Source of the DNA: Balanoglossus misakiensis
Taxonomy: Eukaryota; Animalia; Hemichordata
Reading direction: 5' to 3'
Assembly (NCBI GenBank): GCA_040954595.2
Contig: CM082591.2
Coordinates: forward strand, 2,503,258-2,567,257
DNA length: 64,000 nt
Shown here: positions 25,516-39,013 of the stretch, in pieces
Layout: every line of letters starts with the position of its first letter
How positions within the stretch are numbered: position 1 is the first letter of the stretch
Translations under genes and position numbers: made by a program
Notes under the pieces: generated by a model
The model's database searches: none
What the model was told of the DNA's origin: nothing
What the model saw: the letters and a program-made list of their open reading frames with translations, nothing else

Positions 25516-28500
25516 GCAAGTACAGTTAACTACACTGAGCTCCAGTGTCGTGTCACAAGCTTTACCAGTTCATGATTCCATTGAATTACCGACCAGATTA
25601 TAACGAAAAATACTCCCTCCTATATATGCAAGGCCCCAAGGCAGAAAAACTAGAATACCGGCTCAGATTAATATTTTATTCTGCAAATTAAGTGTTCTGC
25701 ATGCAGGGGATATGTCTGCGGTGTGGAGAGGGACGATGTGCTCTTTTTTATTTCGAGAGCGGGTAGGCACAGTCAATTTAGATAAGACGCTCGACTGACT
25801 GGCTCTCTGACCCAGAATATAACGAAACAATCGTTGGTGGTTAGTGTTGAAATCAGGAGGCAGGTACGGGAAAACAGCAACAATGAAACTCAGGACGACA
25901 CAACAAGCGATCGTGGTGATCTGGTTGAGTTCTCACCACCCCACATTTCTAATCTATGTTTTAATTTTAATTAAAAAATTGAAATCAAGTTGACTTGCCA
26001 CCAGTGCCTGCAACTCGCTGTATAACATGTAGTACTAAGCGATACACACATTTCTAGATTTTTTTCTCAATACTCAAGGGTCCAATAGAAATGTAAAAGC
26101 AGGAGGTATGAGCGATGTATTTCCCCTGTACCCGATCCCCCACGAGTCTTGTCCGTATAGTGGTCGACTAACGTGGAATTAAAAACCTCTTTCCCGCAAT
26201 TACTGGTGTGGACATTTCGTTGAAAAGGAGAAATCGACGCTCCTTAGCTATTGCAGTATTGGCAAGTACTGATTCATAACACTGTGATTAACGACCGGGA
26301 TTTGACTCGCAGCATCACATGCGCCTTGAAAATCTCAACATAATTTTGACTCTAGATTTCGATTGTTAGGTCATGGTTATTCAGTGTTTGTCTTGTTGTT
26401 AGCAGTGTTTTTCTAAACTCAGAGAAATCGCAGTGTTTGTAGTGTTTGATTCAAAACAGGGCAAAAATCACAACTCGCGTGTTTACGTTTGAAATAATGG
26501 CCCCCTCTTAATACGCCAACTATAGACTTGATGATTCTCGTTACCGATATTGCAAAATGTTTAATATCATGTGATAAGTGGTAGCCACGCTGTCGTCTGC
26601 GCCGATCGCTGCTAATTTTCAGTTTATTTATCTTATGCGTTCAACAGTAATCATACATACAGAAACCATAGCGTTTATAAACACAACCGATAATTGCGTG
26701 TACCGCATTACTGATTCGATACTCGTCTGGTCGACGATTTCGACGTTGATTTCGATCGCCGAGCTGTCGACGACGGCGATGGTGACGACTTACGAACACG
26801 GTGTCGCTATCGTGGCAAAATATCGACGGAAACCAATCTATTCGTGACAGTATTAATCCAATAAACACAAGCATGTATCTGCCGAAGCTACCATTTTGTA
26901 TTGGTGTATCAAAACATAGCGTAGTTTCCCGGACTGTAGTGTGCTGACCCGAAAGGCGGTTTTGTTTCCCGGTGTTGTTCGCACGGTTTTCGCAATTTAT
27001 TCCGACACTGTTTGTACATGTATCGTTGTGTAAAAAACTGTAATATCGTAATACGCTTATAATCTACAATGCGCACCGTATTTGCTGTGTGCGGGTCATC
27101 ACTGATTGCGTCGATCGGAGGGAAGGGACGCGAAGGCCCAGAAAATGGCCATCATAATCATATCAACCATCCTCGCACTCGCGTGTTTTATCTCAGCTGT
27201 AGATATTTTCGCCGGTCCATCCGCGGCTAACCAGCTTCTCGAAAACATCCCAAGCGTCTCCGTCGCAATCTCGCCGGACGCTTTGTGGCATGCCAGACAC
27301 AGTCGTGACCGGGCCGGTTGACGCTAACCCCTGACAAAAGTCATAATCAAAAATGGCGTCCGACCCCGTGTGGTATGCCTCGGTGTGCGCCCTTTGAAAC
27401 GCTTAAATTAAGAGGCAGTTAAAGAAATTGATCTATCATAAAGCGCTGCGTAAAATGATATAGCTGTCCCTAATCGCGCACCGCCTATTATGTGAAAACT
27501 CTTGTGAGAAATCTGTCACTTTGCTTCTCGCGAAGTTCGACTTATGTCGCTCAGTGTGACTCGGTATTGCGCGCTCTACGTCCAACATCTTGTCAAGGTC
27601 TCTACACTTTTCACCGCAAAATTTTAACCGCAAAACTAAACACAAACTCATCCGTTTTCATTTGTCTAATCTAGTTCAGGTCTTTTTTAATATCATGACG
27701 TAAGTTTGGTCCAAATTCGGGCCCATTTATTTCGAGACAATTGCTCGTATTGTAACACATACTGTCATGGAGTACGTACACGGCTTGGTTAATCTAGTTG
27801 CGTTTATTTTCAGAGGTGAAATAGGAAATCGTGTTTGCTAATTTCCTGAGTACGTTTATAGACAATCTTGGTGTCAGGATCAAAGGCATGGGTTGGCCGG
27901 TTGTTGGGAAAAATTAACATGTTTGTTAGTTTCTAGTGGAGCGAGATTTGGGGATTCAAATAAGTGTGACTAGCAATAGTGGCCACTGAATCTTCTTTAT
28001 ATTTATATCGAAACCATAACAGGGAACAAATAAACGAGTTTATACACACGGTACAAAAGAAACCTTTGGTAGCAATGGCAAAGAGGCGGACAATTGTCAA
28101 ACCAGGTGGCTAAAAGGACGAGATGATATGTATGAATTCAGAAATAGTATAGTTTGTGAATAAGAGAGCTGATGTACGCGTTGTATACAGCGCGCGCGGC
28201 GCTTCCGAATGTTGCCTTCGGTTTTGTTGTCAACAAGCGCGGGTTGAGAGACGTCGCCTTTAACTCCGGGGCATGGAGCATGAAGCGCCGGTTGTGACTT
28301 TAATTAAAAGAAATTCCCTCCCTCTTTGGTGGTGCGGGTTTGTTGTTGAGTCATGTCTTCGTTTGATTGGCGTTTATTGACTTTGGCATTTGACACGCAT
28401 AGTCAGAAATGAACTGTGAAAATTAGTAGATTCTAAACACATCAAGTCTGATCATTTTTATATAAATTTAGATAACATCGCTTTAAAACATGCATTGTTG

Positions 28501-30311
28501 GGGCAAAACAAAACATGAATTGCAGCGTGAAGTTATGGCTTATTTCAGCGCCCAAAATACCGACAGAGAGTGACAAAATTAATATATTTTTAATTTTAAA
28601 TTAGTTATGCGTTGCTAGTCGTGCTAATGACATGATAGTTAACTCCGAAAATCAAACAATGATTTGTAAAACATTCAGACTCTCTCAGAAGGCATAATAA
28701 CTGACTAACCCTGCGTATGCTATCATCTCTCTGACTCAATACATGACTCTGACGCACGTGTAAACATTAACAAAATTAAATAACAAAAAAATTCGATGAC
28801 CCGGGGTCAAACTATGAGATTGACAACCGCAGACCAGCCACTTGACAAACTAACACTGCGTTGATTTTTATTTTACTATAAATTCATAATCAGAACCATT
28901 TTGGCGGCTAGGGCCCTTCTTCCTTTTATCCCCCTTTGTTGAGATTCCTTTGAATATTGAAGAAAACGAGAGAGTGGTGTAATTATGCAGACTGCGCTGA
29001 AAGGTAACACCGAAATGACTCGCAGAGAAAAGACCAATGTATATCTGTACACTGGCGCATTATTGAGGATGGTTTTATTAAGAACTTCTACGTCGTTATC
29101 GCTTATTGGCGGGATCGAGTTGCCAAGTTGTGCTTGGGATAGCTTTAATTATAAGTCCCAGACACACGATTCCTGGGTGGAAATACAACACCGTGGCCGT
29201 ACTTCCGATGTGTTACCTTATTCCGTCATTGGGAGTTAGGTTTCCACCGCGTTTCTCAGTGTATAAAAATGAAAAGAACGTATCCCTACTCTTTTGACTT
29301 TTCCTCTTTTTTTTAATCATTAGTATCCCTTTTAGTTTCTCTTGCGAAAATAGTAAACAGAAAAGGCCAGAAAGTGAGATTTCAGTGACTGACTGTACGC
29401 CAAACAAACTAAAATCGGTTGACTCTTTCGGGACTCCTTGACAACTCAGTAAAACATGCATTCTTAAAGTTGGAACGTAGGTTACAGACCTGTCAAATTT
29501 TCGTGATTTAACGAATTCGTTTAGTTTCATGCGCTGTCTTTTCTCTGAGCCAATTGAATTGTTATCCTGTTGCTTATATTGCAAGACAGCGTCGGGAAGA
29601 GCGAGCGTTCATCATCTCTGACTCAGAAAAAAAAGAGGCAAATTGTGGCCTGTTTGGTGATCAGCGTTTCCATCCTTATAACACGCGCGGGGATTTTTGT
29701 TCATTTCCGATCCGAGCGAGGCATTTGCCTCCACGCGACGATTTGGGTGTCATTCCCGTCCGTTTACCTCCTTTTTCTGAAGACTTGACGGTAATTGCAC
29801 GCCGAGCAAATCCTCGCTTAGTAATCAGGCGATGAGAAGACGGGTGTCTGAAAGCGAGAACTGAACTTTCTGACGTAAACAGGCGCTGGGAGAGAGAAGG
29901 GAAAGAAATTCAGCGCCGGGGGCGATTTCAGGGACTCCATCTGTGTGCCCGTGATGGCTGTCCCGGTCTAAATGCCACTATGGTCTCTTTTCACGCCGCC
30001 GATTCACATGAATCTCAAACCTCTCGGAAGGCACCGTCAACACTTTGTCTAGGAACCGATTTCATTGCTTTACCCCCCGAAAATCCTTCACCGCCAGGAG
30101 GCGCTCTGAGCCAGTGACATTCTTTCTTCCTGGTTTAGAGCAGTAGGGAGAGGGATTGATCCCGTTACCGGCGGATTTCGCTCATAGCCCCCAAACTTTT
30201 GCCGTTCGCGGGAGATTTTCGACGGGAAGTTGGGAGAAGGAACATTGTTAGCAAGTGGTAAGAAGACAGCTAATGAAAATAGGCAGTGGGGGGAAGCCTG
30301 GCTATCCGGGC

Positions 30312-30430
30312 TAATCCACCAGTAATCATCTGCTAATCTTCCGCAATACAGTCAGTTTAGAACTAACCCAGAGGATAGGAATCAAAATCGATGGTATAAA
30401 AACAGACAGAAGCAGTCAAAAAAAGTCACT
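30312..30430 (+). promoter_or_regulatory. Candidate internal promoter with three phased TAATC sites and a TATA box
   Basis: TAATCC 30312, TAATCA 30323, TAATCT 30334 (11-nt period); TCAGTT 30352; TATAAAAA 30395-30402; TCACT 30426-30430. Confidence 0.5.
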
Positions 30431-30445
30431 GTGTGTCGAGAGCGG

Positions 30446-30459
30446 ATGATTTTTAAGAG
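30446..30459 (+). CDS. Pax6: Candidate alternative start exon MIFK-S (phase 2)
   Basis: ATG ATT TTT AAG AG|gtaatt just downstream of the TATA box. In frame with the paired box only via the 11-nt exon at 30967. Weak Kozak context (C at -3). Confidence 0.4.
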
Positions 30460-30564
30460 GTAATTGTGTAGCGTTGGACAGAGACACACAGAGCGAGGAG
30501 AGAGAAAAAAAAACCTCTGAAAGTTGATGCCGTCTCTCCGCTATTGCAGCGCTCCAGCGATTGG

Positions 30565-30675
30565 CATAATACCGCGGCGGCTCATTATATCGCGGGCTTT
30601 TGTCGATGTCTCTAAGCTTTTGTTCAAAACCACAGGCCTCGTCATATCGGGGTGGACAGCAATACACGGGTTCGG
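30565..30675. mobile_element. Possible decayed non-autonomous DNA transposon (MITE-like) subterminal repeats
   Basis: Degenerate copies of ctcgttatatcgcggg (ctcattatatcgcggg 30581, ctcgtcatatcgggg 30638, looser copies at 30565 and 30661). Resembles subterminal repeats of pogo/Tigger-type MITEs. No TIR pair or TSD identified. Confidence 0.3.
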
Positions 30676-30966
30676 ATTGGTATTCGGATGTCTGGTGATA
30701 ATAGTGTAGCGTTGCTTCGGTATTGCGTTTGCAGAAGTCATTGAATCCCGCGTCACCATGGCACTCTATATATAAAAATTACTTGATTCGTTTTAAAGCT
30801 TGCAAGATATGCTCGAGTACATATCGTCCGGGCGCCTGAACCAGCCGTCAGCCATGTACCCAATCTTCGGGAGCAAAATCATTCTTACAGGTACTGTCGA
30901 TTTAGCCTTTCCCTTCCGAGCGATTTGTTTAGCGACTTTTTTTCGCTTCTTTTATTTCACCGGCAG

Positions 30967-30977
30967 TAATGACAAAG
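30967..30977 (+). CDS. Pax6: Candidate 11-nt microexon (phase 2 to phase 1)
   Basis: Long pyrimidine tract tttttttcgcttcttttatttcaccggcag|TAATGACAAAG|gtgagg; strong signals on both sides. Confidence 0.5.
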
Positions 30978-32209
30978 GTGAGGCTTGGAAAGAACAGTTC
31001 GGTTTTGATTAGTTGGGGATTTGGTTTCCTGTGGGGTATGAATCCACCTGTTGACACGTTGCCATCATGTAAATTTGTTTGTTTTCCCAAGTTTGTTGCG
31101 CGACTTCAGCGCGTCCTTTCTAAACGCTCATTCAAAAAGTTAATTTCACGATAAACAACCGCTTGGCCTTCTTGTTAACTCGCTCCACAGGTCGACAACA
31201 AAGACATTTCTTCACTGCAATTTCATTTTAATTCCATGATACGTGTTTTTTAACACAAAAAGGGAGAAGAAAGGTGAATGGAGTTTTAGTTAATATATTT
31301 GTCGGGCTTTTTGAGTGGATCTGCCAAAATGAAAAAAAAGGCAGCGGCGGTGGCATGTGTTATACGTGTCAGTTTCCTCTGACATTTGTGACAATACCTC
31401 GGGAGTGTGTTGTCAGGCGTACGACACACGGACTGGCGTTCGAAGAGAGACAACTTTAATTAAAAAATCTGCCTCCCATACTTTCAATACATGTGCTAAG
31501 TGGGCGCGCTTAGGCGACAGTGATTTCTACATCCTAATAATGCAACCACGGTTTTCAAGCTTATTACCTATTTTTCCGATCGTATGCGCCTTTTTGGGGG
31601 CTCCCCAGACCGGACAATGCGCGATCATCGCGCCTCGCAACAAAGCCCCGCAAAATGTGAAACAAAACCTCAGGTTCGGTTAAAGCATCATTGAGATGGC
31701 AAAACGCCAATACAGGCATTTAGAGAGAAAAAAATGACTCCATATCGCGACTTGTGACGTGCCCCTGTGTTTAGCTGCAGTCAAGTCAAAGACGTCCCTC
31801 TCTCAGGCTTCTCATTAACGTCTCCGAAACAGATGATAAATGTTAATATGTAAATCAGCGAGTCAAAGTTTCAAGCGCGCGTCCTACGAGTTTACTTTTC
31901 GTCTATATGTATGTGTTTGTATGTATATTAATGTATAACAACGGCATGGCCGTTATGAGGAAGGATTATTTCGCCTGCCTGCTTGGGAGTTGCGAAGATT
32001 TATCTGTGGGCCCATTATAATGGAGTCCCCGGTAAAAATAGGATTTCTCATGCGTATGCATGAAAAGGGCGGGCCCTGGCAGCTACCGGTTCACCCTATA
32101 GCGTACTGTGAGGTGGCGTAATGTTGCGTCCAGTTGATACTTATACACGGCGTCGATGCAACGCGGACGCTGACGGCGATCGTTGCGAGTCGTTGGCGAC
32201 AGAGAAACT

Positions 32210-32282
32210 ATGATCACCGAACAAGGGAGTGTGTGCGTTGCACTGACCGACTCCGACCCGTCCCGGAGGAAGTCACAGCGGG
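32210..32282 (+). CDS. Pax6: Candidate alternative first coding exon MITEQGSVCVALTDSDPSRRKSQR-G
   Basis: actATG (A at -3), 73 nt open (24 codons + 1), donor GGG|gtgagt in phase 1. In-frame upstream stop at 32171. GC/CpG-rich context. Confidence 0.6.
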
Positions 32283-35200
32283 GTGAGTTATCTGTGTTTG
32301 TGGACGCCTGTTTTAGCAAGAGAGGAACGTCCGTGTTTTAGACACAAGGGACTTTTTCGGGGGGTCTTCCCTGTTAAGGATGCGGGCGGCTCGATGCCGA
32401 TATTAACATTCTGTGGTCCCGTGTTTCCGACGTTGCCTTCGCTGAAAGTAATTGCGGAAGCTACGCGTCAACTCGATTACAGTTTCCTCGCTCGATCACT
32501 GAAAATGACGAGGCGTTCGCCTGTGCTTAATAACATTTCTAACAAAAACTGCAACGTCGGGCTGTGATTGGTTGAGGCGTTCTTTCAATGGGGGGAACGA
32601 GGGAGAGTCGAAAGAGAGCAAATTTTCGCGAGAAAGGTCACGGAACCGTCCACTTCTTATGTCAATTTCAGAGCACGTTTTAGTGCGCTCCGCGTCCGCG
32701 TCCGGGAAACGCACTTCCTTTCAACGGGCGACTTGTGTTGAGCCTGTACATTTCAACTTCCCGGCCTCGGTTGACAAGCCTGCGCTAGTCATACACACAC
32801 ATAGTTTACCAATCCTGTGGCGCGTACTATCAAGCGACCGAGGAGTAGTAAGTCGTCAAAGAACTGTTCACGCAGTTTTTGTTTTTCAACATTTTTGTGT
32901 GACTTGCCATCATATAGTACACGTAACAGTTTATACACATATCGTTGTAAAAGGTTTTTTATTTTGGGACTACAATAGCTGCTCCCAAATGAGCTATAGT
33001 ATAAATGAAGTGTTAATTCGGCCTAATTTCGCAACATTGTTTACTGTACAGATGTGGCAGTCGACCTAATTGGCCGCGGCGCGAATTAGCTATCATTAAC
33101 GTAATAGCCCCTTTCCATGAGATTGAAACAAACACGTCGGCGATGTGAAACAATAGGGTTGTCGATTTCGGGGGTTATAATGACCAGACTCTGTCGCGCA
33201 TTTACTCCCCGCCAAGTGCATTCTCACCAAATTATGCCCTGTTGTTCATTTAAAGTCCTCGAGTGGAAAATTTGCCGGCGCCCCGTGCTTTAAAAAGCAC
33301 AAAAAAGTAACATATTTGGGCTATCATCACCACACAATACCTTAACTGTTTTAGAACGATAATCGTTAAACTTGTACTTTGGATTGTGAAGTTAAAATGC
33401 GCAGTTACACCGGTACCACCTCCTGCCTTCGCTGAGAACGTCATACCTATGCCTTCAGCTGTCGTATCCCAAAAAAATTAAGTGAAGTCTGGGAACGCGC
33501 ACACACGACAAGATGACACCATAGAAAACTATTGTCAATTTTTATCAGATAAATTCATTGAAAGCCCTGCCAACCCCCCCCCCCCCCCTTCATGGCCCTA
33601 AGTAGCACAGTTAAGCACCGAACGCACAAGCCACTTGCGGCTTCGTCTGATCAATTCGATTTAAACCGCATTGAATCTGCCCACCAGACGAACAGACATT
33701 TCTCCCCAAACTCGCGTGGAATAGCCGTTATAGTGCATTGTAAATAGAAAACACCCCTAACCGAACTTTTTTCATGTGGTTTTTGCTCAAACAGTTCAGC
33801 TGGGGGAGGGGGGGGGTGACCGTGTCGTCGATTTCACAAACCTGAAGTCATTCTCAGCGACCCCATTCACTTGGTCATATTAAGTTTGCACGGAGTTTAT
33901 TACAGTGTGTGACAGGTGCGGGTCGTAAGGGATAAACTTACTTCAATACCAGATTTCCAGAGGCTTCAGACGGGATGAAATCCTGGAATCTTGGTTCACA
34001 AATCCTTATTCGACGAAGCTGGCCAGACACACGTCTTCAAGTTCTCTTGACACTTAAAAATAAACAAAAAGAAATCGCTGTCAGGATTTTTGCAGATAAG
34101 CTGCAAATGGGTTAACGTTGTTTGTTCGTCTCGTTACAGTATATCTTTTTATTGCAATAGTATGTTTATCTGATGACTGAATTGACGGTAGCTGAGAACA
34201 AGGTGTACGTATATTGTCTTTGCCCGCAAGAGTCTGTTGCCACAGAAAATAAACCTTGTTTCGTTCTCGCCACGCCCGGAACAATATTATCGGACACTCG
34301 GCACGCTCAGCTGAGGTCAACGCCGGTAAATCGATACAAAACTGTTAAGAAAACTGTTTGACGACAAGCTTAAAGTCATTCCGATTTCAAAGTTTGTTTT
34401 TCGATTCATAGTGGAATTGACCCCCCTGTATACAACTGTATGCAGGGATCTTGACTCTGGTTCTAAGAGGTTGTTACATAAACAGCTCCTTGAGTGTTAA
34501 CGTTTCTTTAGCGCCTTTTGTCTCAGCTCTCCCTCGTCGGGGATCGCCGTGTGATCGTGGCAGGAGCGATCGCTCCATCGCCGCGCCGAGTTGATAAAAT
34601 GTACAGACATTTCGCAACCCCAACGCGCTTTAATCATGGAGACGATGACGAGCGGGGCGCGCAGAAAACAAACGCGCGCACCCACAGAACCCAACAAGAC
34701 CGGTCAAAAGTTCTCTCCGCAAGTCATAGCCCGGTCTCGCGCTAATTTAACAATCATCAAACAACCTCATCCATATTCTGCAAAGGTTTCTTTTCGTTTC
34801 TTTGCTGCGAAAGAGCAGCGACCAAAAAACAACCTTTTAACGCGGCCCGCTTTTTTATTGGCTGCCTGTCTGACGAGGCAGGCTATGCAGAATCGATTGG
34901 GTACCTGTTTAGTCGAGGCAACCACATACCGATTCGCATATTGAAGAGTGCCTTGATCGCGCTTTAATATTTCCTCTTGGCTTCGTATCAACAATTTCAT
35001 GGAGTTCTGTGACTGTTTGGTTACCTAATGATAAACTACCGGCCGTGGAGTATAGCCGTCTCAATCGCCTGGCGGGGTGTCATTTCACGTGTTAGTTTCC
35101 TAAGCATTGTATCTTTTGAAGTGCTTCGCTACCACCCTTGATGCGTGTGTTAGAGCCAGCGATGTAAAGTTAATAAAATGCGAATTTTCTGTAGTAGGCA

Positions 35201-38200
35201 ATTTTGTGATAGTGAGACGGTTAATCAATGTGTGATCAACTCCCCTGATTGTTCCATATTGGTTTTCCAACCGACTATCAAGTGCCTCCAAATCGTTCGT
35301 TGCGCGCGTTTCCCAGGCGCGACTGGGCGTCGTGTGCGATACCCGGTATCTCGGGGACTGGGTGATTAGAATTACGGGCCCGTTTTGCGCGATCATTCTA
35401 GGAGGTGCTGTTTCCAATATTATCTCTATATTTGCCGCTATTAGTTTCCCTGCAGGGGTCACAGCGAGTCCGCGCGCTCAAAACGGTTTCCATGACAGTT
35501 CCCCCACACATGAAATCGAAATGGAGAACTTGTTCTCATGTCAACAGTTCCCAATATCGTCCCAAACACGATTAAAGTTGGCATTTTTTATGTTTTCCAC
35601 TAAACCAGCCAGTATCTTTCAACATTTTCCCATCTATAACCCCCAAAAATTGTTATTCAAAGCAACAGTGTCGGGATTTTCACTCATCTCTGTTCAATTC
35701 CGAAATATATTCGCTAAATTAAAATAAAATGAAAAATTATAGCGTTTGCTATAACTTCACTTTGATTGAAACTGACGTCTCTTAATGGGATGAATTCACA
35801 TCTCTAACCAAGCCATGCCCCAACATAAGCATAGTTTAATGAAAACGTCGATAGTGTCAAATTTCAAACACCGATTTCATCGAAAGCGATCTAACAAATA
35901 AAACCATACTGCGCCACTAAACGGTTAACTTCCAAGACATATGGCAAACTGTCAAATACTCCGGGATAAATCTCATTCTCCGCTTTTGTTAGAGAAAGGG
36001 GGAGATTTCGTCACGGGTGAACTTTTATCTCGTGTTTTTTTTTTCAGTCGTGGCTGTCTTTCGATACCCCTGTCAGGATATATATCAGTTGTAAACGAGT
36101 TAACCCCGCGAAACTGAACCCATGCCGAATTTCAATGAGTTACACTTTTTGTGTGTTTCATGTCCAAGAGATGAAATAATGTCAATTCGTCCTCGGATCT
36201 GTCAACGATAGGTCTGTTTTAGTCGACGGGTCTGTTTTAATCATGTTGCACACCCCTTCTAATATATAGAGTACACGCGAGCTTTAGGCCGTTTTTTTAC
36301 GGTTATCGGCGAATGACCTGGCGAAGAAACGGGCGTGCGGACCCCGCGATACACCCCTTCCTCCGGGTGATAACGATAACACGGTGCCGCTTATAGCTTG
36401 CCCCGAACACGCGGTCGAGAAAAAAAATCGAGCTCCTTTCAGAAAATATTTTCATATTGCAACAATAGAGACTAATATCTGATAATGTGAGCCTATTAAG
36501 AGAAGTCGTATTCATAGAATAATGGTAGACACACAATCGACGCGAGTGATCCAGCGTCCGTTAAGCCGGGCTCTTTCAGAGATAACGCGACAATGCGAGA
36601 ACGTGGTTCTGAACTCGAGATTTTCTCGGGCAAAACCATATGTCGATTCTGTGCTTTTGATAATACATGTATCAAATTATTCAATTTCTGACTTCTGTTG
36701 AATAACGTCTTTTCTGGCCGCTATACAACGCGGCGTTAAGTCGCCAACACGCGTACGCGGAATTATCACATTCGATTGTTCCGTAATCTGGGAATACGTG
36801 TCAAGATATTTTTCAAAAGTGGGGAAGTTGTTTTTTCCCCCCAAGTAGAAAATGTTCAAATTTGGATTTGTATTGTTACGATATGGTGACTGTACAATCA
36901 GTTGTATGGCCCTCGGGTCGTGTTTTAACGGTTCGCGACGGGTGCACGAGTCACAGAGAGAGATTTTGTTACCTGGTTATGGCGGTACCCCACCGTTCAT
37001 TCACCGACGACGCTTCGGGGTCGAGACAGCGGGGGGCGGCAGCGTCTACGCCGGGGTACCCGATCTTAAAGTGCCGGTAGACCAGCGGCTCACATCTCGC
37101 TAGTTGACGTGTCGGGCCAGCGTTTTACAACAAACCGTTCCCTTTCACTCGGTGGGTCTTTCATATACAAAAGCAACTCCTATATCGCAGCTCGCCGCTG
37201 CCGTGGGCCCTGGTGAACACGCTGTATTTCCCACGCTGAGTTGAACTCTCCTCGTCGCCATGAACAGATTCAACTGCTTCAGGCTGCTATCGATATCATT
37301 GCACTAGGCCAAAAAGTCGTTTTCATATTAAATGTCAAATATAATAGCATGTTTTCTATGTTTCTGTCGACTGTATTTACATTTGACTCGCGCAAATTCC
37401 TATAATGTTATGTATCGTGACAAGTTTGAGGATTTCCCGCTTCTACACTATAAAAATCCACGGCTGCATTTCGTGACTACAATTCTACCCAGTTGATAAC
37501 ATTATCAAATTGTGAACGAAAACAGACAGACAGTCAACTTCTTTCATAAAGGTTTTGGAGAAACATAAGAATATATGTTCGCGCATACCTTGTCTAAAAG
37601 AATAATACACTTTCATCAAAAATGATTCGTGCAATAATTAGTGTCGGTTTTCAAGCCAAGAATAGACGTTCATGAGAACTGCTGGTACAACATGTAACAG
37701 AATAAAATTAGGCGGGAAAATGAGTCGTCTGCAGTCAGATATTGTGTAATCTTTCAAGGTCTCTGTTTGTACTGGCACACTTGTTTGATTTACAAGCATA
37801 AATTTGTGGGCATAAATGATGTTAATGTGGAGGGCGACAAGATGGAGAATGTCACTAAAAGTACGACGAGTAGCCATGCCAAAAACATAGTTACCTCGAG
37901 TATACAAACACAATAGTTACTCTGTCCAACGTTCTACTGTTTCAAAATGGAAAGTAAATGCCATATCGGCGTTCGGGAACATGGCCATCAACATAACTAT
38001 TTATAGACCACCATGTAGAGCATAATATGTCCTCTGGTCTCCTGCTGGAAGGATAGCATTCGACGACAGAGAAAAAGATTCAAACAACAAACTTCTGAAA
38101 ATCCACAATTTTATCCACTGCTTAAGATTACTTTTGGAATATATTCATTGGTCGGATTGATTGACAACTCCCCTGTCCAAAACCGATGTGACTTGAACGT

Positions 38201-39013
38201 CAATTTAAGGAAACAACGATTTGTGCAAGGCGCGAAAAAACTTTCTGAAACCCTATACAATTTGTCTATAGCAGACGACTACTTTTGGACAACTTTCATT
38301 GATCAGGCTGATATGCACTGCCTTTTAACCTACCTAGACAATCCGACAAGTACCAACCTTGCAACACGTAAACAAGTTATTTTAAAGAAACGGCTAACCC
38401 AACAACAACCGCCAATTCCGGAAATGCAGAAAAACAACGAGAGATTTATCAGACTAAAGAACATGTAAGCTGTCGCTTGTCGTTCTCCCAAGACCGGCCA
38501 TCTTCCTTTTGACATCTGGATTATCGTGTCCAAAATCCCGGCCACTTTTGGCCTGTGGTAATTTTTTAGGAAGTTTGCTTTGGTTGGCTGGGCACGTTGT
38601 GTTTACCTAATACGGATACCGGTACATTGGTCAGAACCGCATATCTGTTTTTTCTCCCACACATAAAACAACAGTAACTTCGCGCCTGTTATGAGTCTGG
38701 GCACTGTTCTTTAGAAATGACAGCTTTTTTAAGAAAAAAAAGTTTCGAAAAAAGTGCAGGTTAGAATAGCTCTATTGGCAAAAGTCTTACTTCGGGCCTT
38801 GCATTAGTGTCGAAGGAAGGGTTGAAGTCCCCTTTGATCAGTTGTCGGTTACGTTGATAGATGTGTTTTTAATCATGCATATTTATGAATGGTTTTATTT
38901 ATAAACGCTTTTGTGTTGTGGTTTGACAGTAGCGCTGGGCATGAAACAAACTGGATAATTTGGAAGAACAGCGAATTAAAGAGATTTTTTTCTGATTTGT
39001 GTTGTTTTGGCAG

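Noticed and set aside
27675-27705. Small exon ending at gtaagt (27700)
   Set aside because: 20- or 25-nt options are not frame-preserving (the 20-nt form has an in-frame TAA) and its ATG is in phase 2.
28985-29003. MQTALK-G phase-1 start exon
   Set aside because: Donor gtaaca lacks +5 G and there is no promoter or acceptor support; compatible with chance.
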